64,000 nucleotides of DNA from Cladosporium halotolerans (taxonomy: Eukaryota). The stretch spans positions 868,001 through 932,000 of the forward strand of contig NW_027191455.1 of NCBI RefSeq assembly GCF_011745625.1. Reading direction: 5' to 3'. Below, piece by piece: positions 25,905-38,415 of this stretch. How positions within the stretch are numbered: the stretch's first letter is position 1; each line of letters opens with the position of its first letter. The position numbers and the translations under genes were made by a program. Under the pieces are notes generated by a model. The model had not been told where the DNA came from. It did not search any database and was given only the letters and a program-made list of their open reading frames with translations.

Positions 25905-28900
25905 ATGGTAGTCGTCGACAAGCAGAACGTCCAGAGCGTCGAAGAGCGCAGGCTTAAGGAGGACCGCGATCGGACCAAGTACTGGAAGAAATTTGGCCCA
26001 TACGTTGCCGAGAGGCAGTGGGCCACTGTCCGTGAGGACTACTCGTGAGTCGCCATTGGTTTTCCCCAACATCACCAAACCTATCTAACGACACCACAGC
26101 GACAATGGAGACGCCTGGAGCCACTTCACCTACGACATGGCTCGCTCGAGGGCTTTTCGCTGGGGAGAAGATGGCATTGCTGGTGTGTCTGACACTCATG
26201 GCCGGATGAACATCGCCTTTTCTTTCTGGAACGAGAAGGAGTGAGTTGCTATCTGTCCCAAGGAACGCGAACACCTGGCTAACATACCTACAGCGGTCAC
26301 ATCAAGGAGCGTCTCTTCGGTCTGTCAAATCCCCAGGGAAACCACGGCGAGAGCATCAAGGAAGCCCACTTCCACACCGACAACACCCCCACTCACTCGT
26401 ACATGAAATACCTCTACAAGTTGCCGCAGAAGGAGTTCCCTTACGAGAAGCTGGTCGAAGAGAACGCGAAGCGATCGCGGAAAGAGCACGAATACAACCT
26501 CATCGACACCGGTATTTTCGATGAGAGCCGGTACTGGGACTGCAACATCGAGACTGCGAAGGAGGCCGACGACCCCGAGGAGCTGCTTTTCCGCGTGACT
26601 TGCTACAACCGTGGTCCTGAGGCTGCGAAATTGCACGTCATCCCCCAGGTCTGGTTCCGCAACACCTGGGCGTGGGGCTACGACTCGTACAAGCCAAACA
26701 TCAAGCAGGTGAACAACCTGACCTCGCACATCAGCCACAAAGACCTCGGTGAGCGCTACTTCCAGTGCTCGCCTTCTCCCAACAGCTGCGGTCGTGACGA
26801 GGATATCGAGCCCGAATTCCTTTTCACCGACAACGACACAAACTTCCAAGAGCTCTGGGGCACCAAGAACCAGACTCCGTACGTCAAAGATGCTTTCCAC
26901 AAGCGTATAGTCAATGGCGACAAGAAGGCCTGCAACCCTCAAAAGACGGGAACAAAGAGCTGTGCGTGGTACGCTTTCAACCAGGACGAGGGTGTTCCCC
27001 CCGGCGGCTGCGCCGTTGTGCGTTTCCGCATCTCCAAGAAGCAGGTCGAGGGATACCTTGACGAGGAGGAGTTTGACGACATCATGGACCAGCGTCTCGC
27101 TGAGGCCGACGAGTTTTACTGGAAGCTCAACCCTATGCCCATGGCTGACGACTTGCGTAACATTCAGCGCCAGGCACTGTCTGGTATGATGTGGTGCAAG
27201 CAGTACTACAACTTTGTGTGGGAGGAGTGGGCGAACGGTGACCCCGGCATGCCGCCGCCTCCACCGGGTAGGAAAGCTATCCGCAACACGCAGTGGAAGC
27301 ACATGCATTTGGACGATATCCTCTCAATGCCTGACTCCTGGGAGTACCCCTTCTTCGCTGCCTGGGACACCGCCTTCCACTGCATTCCTCTGGCAATCAT
27401 CGATCCCGCTTTCGCAAAGAAGCAGCTTGACCTCTTCACCCGCGAGTGGTGCATGCACCCCAATGGACAAGTCGCCGCCTACGAATGGAACTTTGGCGAC
27501 GTCAACCCGCCCGTCCACGCTTGGGCGACTTTCCGCACATTCAAGATCGAACGCAAGATGTACGGAACTGAGGATCTGGACTTCCTCGAGCGTGTCTTCC
27601 AGAAGCTCCTGCTCAACTTCACATGGTGGTGCAACCGCAAGGACTCCGAGGGAAAGAACGTCTTCGAGGGTGGCTTCTTGGGCCTGGACAACATTGGTCT
27701 TTTCAACCGTTCCGACCCTCTGCCTACCGGCGGCACTCTGGAGCAGGCTGACGCAACTGGCTGGATGGGTTTCTACTGTCTCAGTATGCTGAACATCTGC
27801 TTGGAGCTGGCCAAGCACCGTCGCATTTACGAGGACATGGCATCGAAGTTCTTCGAGCACTTCATCCTCATTTCCGATGCCATGACCTACCGTAAAGGTA
27901 GTGAGGCGAAGTCCCTTTGGAACGAGGAGGACGGCTTCTACTACGACGCTATTTCTTGGGGAGGCCCTTGGACTCACCAAATGAAATGCCGTTCTTTGGT
28001 CGGCTTGATCCCCCTGTTTGCGACGCTCACCCTTGAGCCGGAGATCGTTAACAGGCTTCCCGACTTCAAGAAACGCCTGGACTGGTTCCTTGAGAACCGT
28101 CACGACATGGCTTCTCGCAACATTGCCAACATGAAGGTCCGCGGCAAGGACGATCGTCTCCTGCTTTCTCTGGTTGACAAGCGTCGCCTGGAGTCCATCC
28201 TCCACTACATGCTCAGTGAGGACGAGTTCCTTGCTCCCAACGGTATCCGCTCCCTTTCCAAGTACCACAAAGACCACCCTGTCGAGATGGACGTCAATGG
28301 CCAAAATTACAAGGTCGAGTACCTGCCTGGTGACTCTGACAGTGGTCTTTTCGGTGGCAACAGCAACTGGCGCGGCCCGATCTGGATGGCACCCAACTTC
28401 CTTCTGGTCGAGTCCCTGCTTCGTTGCTATATGTTCTACGGCAACACCTTCAAGGTCGAATGCCCGACAGGCTCTGGCGACTTCATGCACTTGGGCCACG
28501 TTGCAGAGGAAGTCCAGCATCGCCTGACCCACCTCATGGCCAGGGACGAGCACGGCCGTAGGGCAATCAACAACGGCAACGACATGCTTGACTTTGACGA
28601 GCACTGGAAGGACCACCCGTTCTTCTACGAGTTCTTCGACGGCGACACTGGCCGCGGCCTCGGCGCTTCCCACCAGTGCGGTTGGACGGGTCTGATCGCC
28701 AAGATCATCCACGACACAGGGTATGCAGTCTCCGTTGCTTCTATAATGTCAATTCACGCCTGCTAATAATCCAACCAGTATGAACTGCCGCCTCCCGCAA
28801 ACCCCCCGCTCGCCCGCGGCCGCCGCCTCGCACTACTTCGACGACGTCTTCACGCGCCAGCGCCGCGCCTCCCTCTCCGGCACCCGCCGCAACAGCATCG

Positions 28901-29205
28901 CGCGCAGCATGACCCGCACGCGCTCCATCGGCGCCCGCAGCGACTGGACCAACGGCGGCGCCGCGTCGGGCGCGCCCTCGAACGCCGGCGGTGACGACGA
29001 CGACGAGAACGCCGACGGCGCCCGCAGCCGCCAGTGGAGCATTTACAAGGAGGACCCCGCCGAGGCGAAGGTCGACAAGGACGACCCCATCAACAAGTAC
29101 GTCCAGGACCAGCTGCAGCGCCTCAAGACCGACGACAGGAATGAGTTCAGCGAGGAGATCTCTGCTTCGGGCGACGGGGCGGAGGAGAAGAGGGGGTTCA
29201 AGTAG
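25905..29205 (+). CDS. Glycoside hydrolase family 63-like protein (yeast YMR196W orthologue type)
   Basis: Introns 26045-26099, 26241-26293 and 28721-28778. Motifs [54 protein letters not shown] and [11 protein letters not shown]. Confidence 0.93.
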
Positions 29206-29760
29206 GAGATCGGAGGGTGAGACTTGGTGGACCTAGAGCTGTCCTATAGGTTTTTGCGTGGTGAGGTGAGAGTGGGGTTCCTGCGAGCGATACATATGTG
29301 GGTGACCTAGAGAGCAGAGCATACATGCATAAGGTAGAGATGGGTTTGGGTTTCTGGTTTTCGCTTGACGTACTTTTTTTTTTTTTCGTTGATTAGCCTA
29401 CGAGATCATGAAGCAGGGAGTTCTTGTTCGGTTTTTTTGCTGTCCATTGTTCAAATTCGATCTTTTTTCGTGGCTGTCGTGAGTTCGTGCCTCCGCTGTT
29501 CGGGGCGGTATAAGTGGATGGTCGATATCCTCTGCGCGTGGGCTGGAGAGTCGGTAAATTGTGGCCTGATTGATTGATTGATCGAGTGATCGGTTGATGC
29601 AGGACCGGCTGATGGGATAGACTCCTCATCCTCCTTGCAAACGCGCCCACACCCTGTCCTGTGCTTGGCGCCGCTTGGAAATACACTTGGTCGTTGCGTA
29701 TGCCATGGTGGCCATTACCTTTACCATAACGGAAGGCGAAGATGACAATGCATCCGTGGA

Positions 29761-29823
29761 ACAAACAATCAATCAACCAATCGATCAATCATCCCACCAA
29801 TCAATCAATTCACCGACCAAACA

Positions 29824-29868
<45 letters not shown>
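29761..29868. repeat. (AATC)n microsatellite with degenerate 5' extension
   Basis: Ten perfect AATC units at 29827-29866, preceded by imperfect units from ~29761. Confidence 0.9.
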
Positions 29869-31229
29869 GACAAGCAGCAGCCGCGCTAGCGCCGACCCCT
29901 CACCAGTCAATCAGCTCATTCATTCACGTACTTAGCAACAAGTGAACCGCGAGCTCAACAGTTTATTTTCTAAATAACTCAGAAAGACTCGAATGCACCC
30001 TGTCTGCAGACATCCACTAGCGCCCGCGCTACGGTGCCCAATCGTTCGTCGCCCGCACACCTTCAAGTGAATGAATGCAAGGATGCCCCACCCGACGATC
30101 CAACAGCCTCCAGCGTATCGCACACTCCAGCCGCCGCCGCCTACTTCAAGCCCATTAATACCTCAGTCATGGTCTGAAACAAGCGCCACAAAGTCAGCCA
30201 GTTCACCAATTCAGCTCGACTTTGCAGATCTGACGAGCGAATCGGCTTGCCCGCGAGCGATGAAACAGCTACTATACAGGTCGGTACTAGATACCCAGCC
30301 AATAGCGAACCAAGGAGCTAGGCAAAGCAGCTCGGTCGTACCTATCTCACGCTGATCGTCAGAGAATCTACGTCCCGCGCCTGATCATACATACATACAG
30401 CACAGCTCATGTACCCATCCATCCATCAGCACGTCTTGGCACGTGCTCCGTTCCCTTCGCACCTACTACTCGCATACGTTTTATGCAGCCACCACGCATG
30501 CACGCCGTTTTCGTCTATGCACAGCCGTGCATGTACTATGACCCGGGCCAGGGCGGCTATGGGTCGGACGGCTCGCCTTACGAGCTGAGTGGGAAGAGGC
30601 CGCGCGTCGCTGGGAAGTGGCAGAGGGTTGTCTTTCGCACGTGATTCCTGAACGGATCTTGCGTTGGGAAAAGGCGATGCTTCACGTTCGTTCTGTGCAG
30701 AACGGGTATTTCGATTGTTAGTCGATCGATTGCATCGATCCAAAACACCGAGCAACAGAAGGAAGAGGGAGTGAGAAGACGAGTGTTTCTGATCGAAATA
30801 GTTTCAGAGAATGCTACCTATTCCATAATGGTTCCCGATTCCTTGTCCGTACCAAGGAAGGCGCCCCGCCGTCCGTCGTCGTGTGATGATCCGTCGTGAT
30901 GCCTCGTTCGTGTGCCATGTGAATTAAAACCCCCTGTTGCGTCCACCGGATTACCTTCTTCCGCCCCCCTCGAGGACGGATTTCCCGCCCTGAGGCGGCG
31001 GGGACCATTTGAAACATTACCCCTGTTCCTCCGCGCGGGTGTTTCAATAGTGAAGAAAGGACACGGACTGCCAGAAAAAAAGTCGAACTTATGTCCATTA
31101 AGAGAAGAAGAAAGAGATGTGGAAAAGCAAGAACCCAGAACGCCGCGTGCTGTGCTGTCAAGGAGTGCGAGCCGCCCGCTGTTGGTTAGGCGACACTGCT
31201 GCTTACTCACTCACTCATGGGCCTGAGGC

Positions 31230-32153
31230 TTAGAGGAGGGCGGCGACGAGGCCGAAGAGGGCGACGACGGCGGTGGAGCCGGAGACGAGCTGGTTGCCAG
31301 CGCCCTCGAAAGGAGCGGGGGACTGAGGGCTGCCGGTGCCGGAGGGGGCGGCGGCAGTGGCGTTGTTGGCAGGGTAGGGAGCCTGGATCTGGCCGTCGGG
31401 GATCTGGGAGACGGCGCCAGTGGGGGCCTGGATCTGACCGTCGGGGATCTGAGAGACGGGGCTGGCGGTGGCAGCGGCGGTCGGGGCGGCCTGGATCTGA
31501 CCGTCGGAGATCTGGGAGACGGCGGCGCCGGTGCTGGCCTGGATCTGGCCATCGGAGATCTGAGTGACGGGGGCGCCGCTGGTAGAGGCCTGAATCTGGC
31601 CGTCACCAATCTGGCTGACGGGAGCAGGAGTCTCCTGGGGCTGGCCGTCAGGGAGCTGAGAGGCAGCGCCAGAAGAACCACCGCCGACAACGTTGATGTA
31701 GACCTCGTTGCACTGCTCGCCAGTGGTCTCATCGTAGAGGTTGTAGAAGTTGCCGCTCAGGCACTGGTGGAAGGTGGTCTCGCCGCCGAGGGCGAGGGTG
31801 CCGTTGGAGCAGACGCTCCAGCCAGCAGTGTAGATGGCGCCGGTCTGAGCAGGGCCGTCGAACTGGAACTGGTGGTTGGCGGCGATGTAGCCGGTACGGT
31901 TCTGGGCGTCGGTGAGGACACCGTCCTGAAGCTTGATGTTCAGCTCACCGGCACCCTCCTGCTGCCTCCTCTCGAGGGAGCGCTTGGCGCTGGAGGTGAC
32001 GTTGGTGACCTGGATCATGAACTCGCCATCGTAGTTCGGGGAGCAACCGGAGGGAGCCGAGGTGTCGGGCTTGATCTGCTCGGTGACGCCCTGGGCGACC
32101 GGGGAGGCGACAGCAGCGGCCGCGAAGGCAGCGGTAGCGACGGTGTAGCGCAT
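31230..32153 (-). CDS. PIR-repeat covalently linked cell-wall protein with probable GPI signal
   Basis: Signal peptide MRYTVATAAFAAAAVA. Cis3/Pir-like domain (RTGYIAANHQFQFDGP, FHQCLSGNFYNLY), 5-6 QI(S/P/G)DGQIQA repeats and hydrophobic C-terminus. Confidence 0.92.
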   Translation of the reverse strand: MRYTVATAAFAAAAVASPVAQGVTEQIKPDTSAPSGCSPNYDGEFMIQVTNVTSSAKRSLERRQQEGAGELNIKLQDGVLTDAQNRTGYIAANHQFQFDGPAQTGAIYTAGWSVCSNGTLALGGETTFHQCLSGNFYNLYDETTGEQCNEVYINVVGGGSSGAASQLPDGQPQETPAPVSQIGDGQIQASTSGAPVTQISDGQIQASTGAAVSQISDGQIQAAPTAAATASPVSQIPDGQIQAPTGAVSQIPDGQIQAPYPANNATAAAPSGTGSPQSPAPFEGAGNQLVSGSTAVVALFGLVAALL

Positions 32154-35100
32154 ATTGATTATTGATCGATTGGGATTGATAGGTCGATTAGGTATGACGG
32201 TTGAGTGATCGATATGCAGTGCGAGCGATGGACTCGGATAGCGACAGTGAAGTGCTGCTGTGCGATACACAAACGATGGTAGAGTTGATAGATGAGGGTT
32301 GAGAGGATTGATGGAGGATAGCAGCGGGTGAGTTTGGTATGCGGATCGAAAGGCAAGGTAGCGAGGACAGTCAGAGGTCTTTATATCAAGGTGCCTCACA
32401 GCTCAGTGACCGCGCGGGAGGGGCATCATGGCAGCGCAGGGGCCAGGCGATGTCACCCGGCAACGCAGCAGCGCCTACAATTGTCATGCAGAGCGACGGG
32501 TCAGTGGCTGGGCGGGCGCCGTGCCGCTCAGCAGCAGTGGTGGTGAATGGGCGAGGAGGTACGCAACGTTGCGTTGCCGGCAGCAGCGTGGCCCGGCGAG
32601 TGAACGGATGCGGTCGGTGAAGGGCGTTGCTCCCGCTCGCAGCGCCGCGCTAGCCTCCCGCCGGGGCCCTGCCAACCAACTGAGCCAGCCGACCGCGCCA
32701 GCATCCCACCGCGCTACGACTGTACGGGCACGACGGGCCCTCGCATGCGCCCTCGATCGCCCATCGCCGCCTCGCGCGCCGCCAATTGCGGAGCCTCGCG
32801 CTGGCGATATGCCCCTCGACGGCACACGCCTCCGCCGCGGCTGGGAGGAAGGGCGCCGGGCAACGCGTACGCCCGCCGGCCTGACTGCTGCCAACAAGAA
32901 AGCACCTGGCGTGATCGGCGCCGGGCAACGGCATGTCTCTCGTCCTGTCCTACCACCCGCGACACCGCGCGTGGCGCGCGATCGCCGCAAGACATCCTCG
33001 ACGCTTCACGACGCAGCCGTGTATCGCGAGATCCGGGGTAGCGTTCTGCAACGAGACATCCACCCCGGAGACACATGAAACCCACGAAACCGTGCGTGCT
33101 TGGACAGACGGCGTGACATGGCATGCGGCCTGCTGCGCACTGCAGCCCACATGCGGCTCCTGGCGAAGCCAAGCACCCCAAGAGGCGGCTGTGGCACCTG
33201 TGGTGTAGGCTATCCAGATCGGCCGTCTGCGTCTGCGTAACCACCTGCGTTGAGCGAGGCAGAGTGGCGACGAGCCTTCCCAAACTCAATGGGCAGACCG
33301 CATTTCCAAAAATAACGACGTCGCCCGCTACTCTTTACCTCGCACGAGCGACGATGATTCATGAGTCCCGCTCGACCGCGCCGACCTCACCTCTACCCTA
33401 ACATCATGACATCTTGCCATCCACAAGCCCAGCCATTGCGCCTCGTATCGCGTGCCCACAGCGCAACAGCCGACAAAGCGATCAGTGATGGCGGGAGAGT
33501 TGGAAGCCCTGCTGCAAGCTGCATGCACGGGGTACGAGCAGTGCTGCTCTGCTCGCCAGTAGCGTGCCGCCGTCCGCGGCCGACCTGCGTCTGCAGATGC
33601 ACGACTGCTAGGTAGCTTACTATCTCGCGCGGCCAGCTATAAGCGCCAGAGACCAAGCAACAAAGAGGCGCGAGATTTACCACTAGCGCAGAGATCCCCG
33701 GTCTGAGCTTTGCAGAGGCGCCATCCTGTTCGCGGGGGCGGCCGTTGTGCTTTGTCCTGGTCTCGCACACCATTATTGACCGGCCAACCCGTGTCTGAAT
33801 CGTCCCTCTAGTCTTCTGACAACCAGGGATCGCCGGAACGTTGCCAGCGAAATCATCATCACCACACCGTATCCTGCTTTGAGATCTGCCTGCGGCGTCA
33901 GTGCTTGCTCACGAGACTTAAATAATGTCCGGGTTGGCCTGTGATGCTTTTCGCCACAGCGCCCACGCCAACTAAGTCTACCCCACCACAGGAGCGCCGA
34001 AAACTGATCTAGATCTGCATTATTGCTCGCTTGTATTCGCGCATCCACACTTCGACATGACAAGCCGGGTCAGCAAGTCACGGAATGTCATACCCATGAC
34101 TGATTCAACCATTGCGCCGCCGCGGCGGATGGAGGAATCCCGCAGATGGCAGAGAAGGTAGAGATCGTGGATGGTTGTGGCTGTCCAAGCACGGCTTCCA
34201 GGAACTCCGCCAGAAATGCTCCGTAATGACGACGCCGCGAGGCCCCCGACAACGTGGCCTTCTCCACTCTCCCACCCTCAACAGAGGAACCCGCACTGCC
34301 ACCTGCCCCGAGAGAACGACCGCCCACCGCTATACACACACAGACTCACATAACACCCCTGCTCGCGCTCGTGCTCGCGGCCGGCACTCCGCGACTGTCG
34401 ATCGCGTTCGGCGGAGCAATCGAGCCGTTTTGCTCGTCAGGCGCGGCTCGCTCGGCTGAGACAATCCTCATCATCCATCGAAGCCCATCCCGTGACCTTC
34501 GTCCCGAAAGCACTTCTTCAGAAAATGAGGACTTGCGGTAAGAAATGCGGTAAGAAATAATCGAGGAGGCTGGCGACACCACGCCTCTAGACGCAGGGCA
34601 AGCGAGCTCTACCACAGCTAAGGTAGCTCTTCACCCAAAGCTCCGTCGTCTTGCGCAAGAACCGCAAAACCCAAAAGCCCTGCATCACAAGCCCGAACGC
34701 GAACAGGAACCCCCCACCATCAAGCTTTCCCCTTTCCGTGCTGTCAAACCCAACAACCTCATCATCGAAGAGGCAAGGACGAGGGCAGATCTGCGCTCAA
34801 GCGCCTCCAGCAAGGAAACTCTCTTTTCCGCCGGAGTATTCCAAGGTCAAGCCCAATTAGCCTTTCGTCGCACACGCACGCTCGCAAGCACCTCGTATGC
34901 ACCGTGCCGACGACTGACTTGCCTACCGCTGGAACTTGTTCTTCCGCCGCACGTCGCAAAAACCCACCTTCCCAAACCGCTCGCTCCCCAAACTCTAACT
35001 CCCCAACTCCCTCCTCGTCCCTCCATCCCCAATCCAGCTTCCAGCCGGCTAGCCCGGCACTTTTTTCGCGCTGCTGCGCGCGGCTTCCGCCCGGTCCTCG

Positions 35101-36609
35101 AGTGGGATTAGAGCGCTTTTCAGCAAAGCGAGCGAGCGAGCGACCCAAGTCCCAGCGCAGCGCAGCCGGCCGGGCCGAGGGAGACGTCTGCCAGGCGGGG
35201 AAACGCTCGAAGGCGAATGCGTTGTGAGGTGTGCGAGGTGTGGTGGAGGTCGCATGCGTCCGTGGCGGTTTAGCCGCGTGCGCCGCGGGGTGGAGGAGCA
35301 GTAGTATGCGCAGTAGAGCATCGATATCACGGGCGCGCATACATACATGGTCGTGTGTAGACCGGCTGTATGTACAAGGTACGAGATCCTGCGCCGAGGC
35401 TTTTACACTATTCTGTAGGATGAGGATGCGGCGCGGGCGTGGGGGAGGCAGGCAGGCAGGCAGGGAACGACGGAGGGGATCGCGCGATCAAGGGACCGCT
35501 TGGAGATGGAGGGTCCGCTGTGCTGTGCTGCACCCTTGCTATTCGTTCTCTCCCGCTCTCTTCTCGCACGAATGGACGTCTCCAGCTCGGGGTTCCGCCA
35601 TGGCTACCTTACCCCGTCTTCGCTCTCGTTGTGCTATTCGCTACGCGAGCTAAGGTATTTACTGCAGCTCGCGGCTGCGGCGTGCAAGCCAAGATAAGGG
35701 CGGCGGAGGGAGCGCCGCGGTCGAATCGTTGGAGGAGGGGTTTGCGGTTAGTACATGTACTGTAAGCGACGCCTCGACGGAGCTGTCCAGGCAGGCGGGT
35801 GAGCTTTCGCGACCTCACTTGTCCTGTTGCATCGTCTTGTATCGTCGCTTGAAACACCGGATGAGAAGACCGCCTTGCTTTCATTCATTCAATTCTTGTT
35901 TTTTTTTTTTGGTTTTCTGTTTTTTACTCTCGTGCTAAACAGTCCGTTCGTCCCTCTGCCTGGTACAGAACCGTCCACCCGCCCAACGGAAAAAGACACC
36001 CATCGCTCGCATACCGCAACCCCGACAACATCGCAAAGAGTACGCAAACATGTAGAAAAATCAAGCTCCATCCCTGCTCCGTTCGCGTCGGAAACAAAGC
36101 ACGCAAGAACGCAAGTACGCAAGCAAGCAAGCAAAAAGATACAACAGAAAATCCCTTGCCTCCTCCTCCTCCCAAGCGCCACGCCGTGCGACCGTTCCGA
36201 CCGCTCATGCAGTGCGGGAAAAGCAAGCGCCCTCGTCTGTTGTACAAATCGACCCCAGCGACGCGCGCGGAACTCGCTTGCGCGCGAGCGTGGAAGAGGA
36301 CGCAGTGCAGGGAACCAGCCAGCGTTGCATCGGAAAGGAAAGAAGAACAAGAGCCCAAACTCCGTTGGTGCGAATAAAATCATCGAAAAAGAGAAAAGCC
36401 ACGCTCGCTTGAAACGCAGCAAAGCAGAAAAGGTGTAATTGCAGAGCGAGCGGTGGAGGATGAGGCGTGGGCGGCCGGTGCCCTCCTTGCCTCTCGTCCT
36501 CTGCCTTCTCTGCGGCCGTCAAAGGTTCGTTAGTCTCGTGTTGTGTTGTTTCGTTGTTGCTTTCTCCTTCTCTTCTCCTTTCCTCTCGTTCGTCCCTCTC
36601 GCATGGGGC

Positions 36610-36636
36610 TCCATCCATCCATCCATCCATCCATCC
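36610..36636. repeat. (CCAT)n microsatellite
   Basis: About six CCAT units downstream of the choline sulfatase stop codon. Confidence 0.8.
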
Positions 36637-36705
36637 AGCCACCCGGCTGAAAAAAAAAACGGACGGAACACCTCACGCGGACGGACCGGCGACGCCATCA
36701 GACCT

Positions 36706-38415
36706 CTACTGGCCCAGCGCGCCCGCCTGGTGCGGCACATGCAGCGTGCCCGCCTTGCCGACGGCGCCGAGCACCTTCTCGTTGCCGTGGGCGTCGACGA
36801 TCGGGAACCGCGCGCGGCGCTCGAGGTCGTCGAGGTCCATGTGGCTGCGGATGTACTTGTTGCGCGAGTCGTCGTCGACCTTGTAGTCCCAGCTGGTCCA
36901 GAGGCCCTGCTTGAGCGCCGCGTGGCAGAAGCGGCGCTGGCGCTGCCGCTTCAGCACGTCCGCCGTGATGGCCGGCATGTCCCACTTGGCGGCGGCCTCG
37001 GCCTGGAAGGCGCGCAGCACGGCTTGCGCTTCCGGGTCGGCGCTCTTGGTCAGGTCGACGAGCTCCTTCGGGTCTGTCGCGAGGTTGTAGAGGAGGTCCG
37101 GGTCCGCGGGGCAGGTGATGTACTTCCAGGCGCCGCGGCGGATCATCATCATCGGCGCGATGGTGCCCTCGCCCATGTACTCGGCGAAGACGGTGTCGTG
37201 GGTGTCTTTGCCTTTGAGGTGGGGCACGATGCTGACGCCGTCCATGGGCAGGCCGGGGACGAGCTTGGAGCCGACGATGTCGACGAGGGTGGGCAGGATG
37301 TCGAGGGTGCTGACGTTCTGCGGCACGCGGTGCGGCGCCCACTGCTTGGGGTAGCTGAAGAGCATGGGCACGCGGACGGAGGACTCGTAGTAGGACATCT
37401 TGTACCACAGGCCGCGCTCGCCGAGCATGTCGCCGTGGTCGCCGGAGAAGATGATGATGGTGTTGTCGTCGAGGCCACAGTGCTTGAGCGTCTCCAGGAG
37501 CTTGCCGATGTTGTCGTCGACGTAGCTGACCGAGCCGTAGTACGCCCGCTTGGCCTTCTTGATCTGCTCCGGAGTGAACTCGTGGTCCTCGAGGTCGACG
37601 ACGTGCTGCAGCCGCTTGCTGTGCGGGTCCTGCTGGTCCTTGGGAATGTCCACCTCCGGCATGTCGATGTCCACGCCCTCGTACATGTCCCAGTACTTGT
37701 GCTCGATGGTGTACGGGTCGTGCGGGTGCGTGAGCGAGACGGTCAAGCAGAAGGGACGCTTGTCGGCCGGCTGGCGCACGTAGTCGTACAGGTACTGCTT
37801 CGCCTTGTACATGACCTCCTCGTCATAATCGAGCTGGTTGCTCCGCACACACGGTCCGGCCTGGAGGATCGACGAGCTGTTGTGGTACCACTCGAGCTTG
37901 GTGTCGGGGTCGTCCCAGTTCACCGACCAGCCCATGTCGCCCGGGTAGATGTCCGCCGTCAACCTACGCTCGTAGCCGTGGAGTTGCTCGCCGATGAAGT
38001 GCATCTTGCCGCCGAGGATGCACTCGTAGCCCTCATTGCGGAGGTAGTGGGCGTACGTGGGAGTGTCCTCGGGGATGGGAGAGGCATTGTCGTAGGCGCC
38101 GATCTTGGACGGAAGCTGGCCAGTGATCATGGCCATGCGGCTAGGGGCACACAGCGGGGCGTTGCAGTAGGCGGAGTCGAAGACGACGGACTGCTCGGCC
38201 AGCTTGTCGAGGTTGGGCGTCTTGATCTGGGACTTCTCGTTGTACATCTTGAGCTGGGGCGCGGCCAGCTGGTCGGCCATGATGTACAGGATGTTGGGCT
38301 TGGAGGGGGGGAAGAGAGGGGTGCTGAAGCCATTCTGGCCGGCGAAGCCCACGGGAGGAGACTCTGGCGGGGTGGCCGGAATCTGCTTGCGGACACGGTC
38401 GATGTGGTCGGCCAT
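36706..38415 (-). CDS. betC: Choline sulfatase
   Basis: Sulfatase motifs PNILYIMADQ, LCAPSR (formylglycine site), GKMHF, HPHDPY and DHGDMLGERGLWYKM, plus BetC-type C-terminus WDY...KYIRSHMDLDDLE. First ATG is at 38415; the track start at 38448 is TTG. Confidence 0.92.
   Translation of the reverse strand: MADHIDRVRKQIPATPPESPPVGFAGQNGFSTPLFPPSKPNILYIMADQLAAPQLKMYNEKSQIKTPNLDKLAEQSVVFDSAYCNAPLCAPSRMAMITGQLPSKIGAYDNASPIPEDTPTYAHYLRNEGYECILGGKMHFIGEQLHGYERRLTADIYPGDMGWSVNWDDPDTKLEWYHNSSSILQAGPCVRSNQLDYDEEVMYKAKQYLYDYVRQPADKRPFCLTVSLTHPHDPYTIEHKYWDMYEGVDIDMPEVDIPKDQQDPHSKRLQHVVDLEDHEFTPEQIKKAKRAYYGSVSYVDDNIGKLLETLKHCGLDDNTIIIFSGDHGDMLGERGLWYKMSYYESSVRVPMLFSYPKQWAPHRVPQNVSTLDILPTLVDIVGSKLVPGLPMDGVSIVPHLKGKDTHDTVFAEYMGEGTIAPMMMIRRGAWKYITCPADPDLLYNLATDPKELVDLTKSADPEAQAVLRAFQAEAAAKWDMPAITADVLKRQRQRRFCHAALKQGLWTSWDYKVDDDSRNKYIRSHMDLDDLERRARFPIVDAHGNEKVLGAVGKAGTLHVPHQAGALGQ

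Noticed and set aside
28..38415. Sulfur-metabolism cluster (PLP lyase plus choline sulfatase)
   Set aside because: The genes are 35 kb apart and separated by unrelated housekeeping genes.
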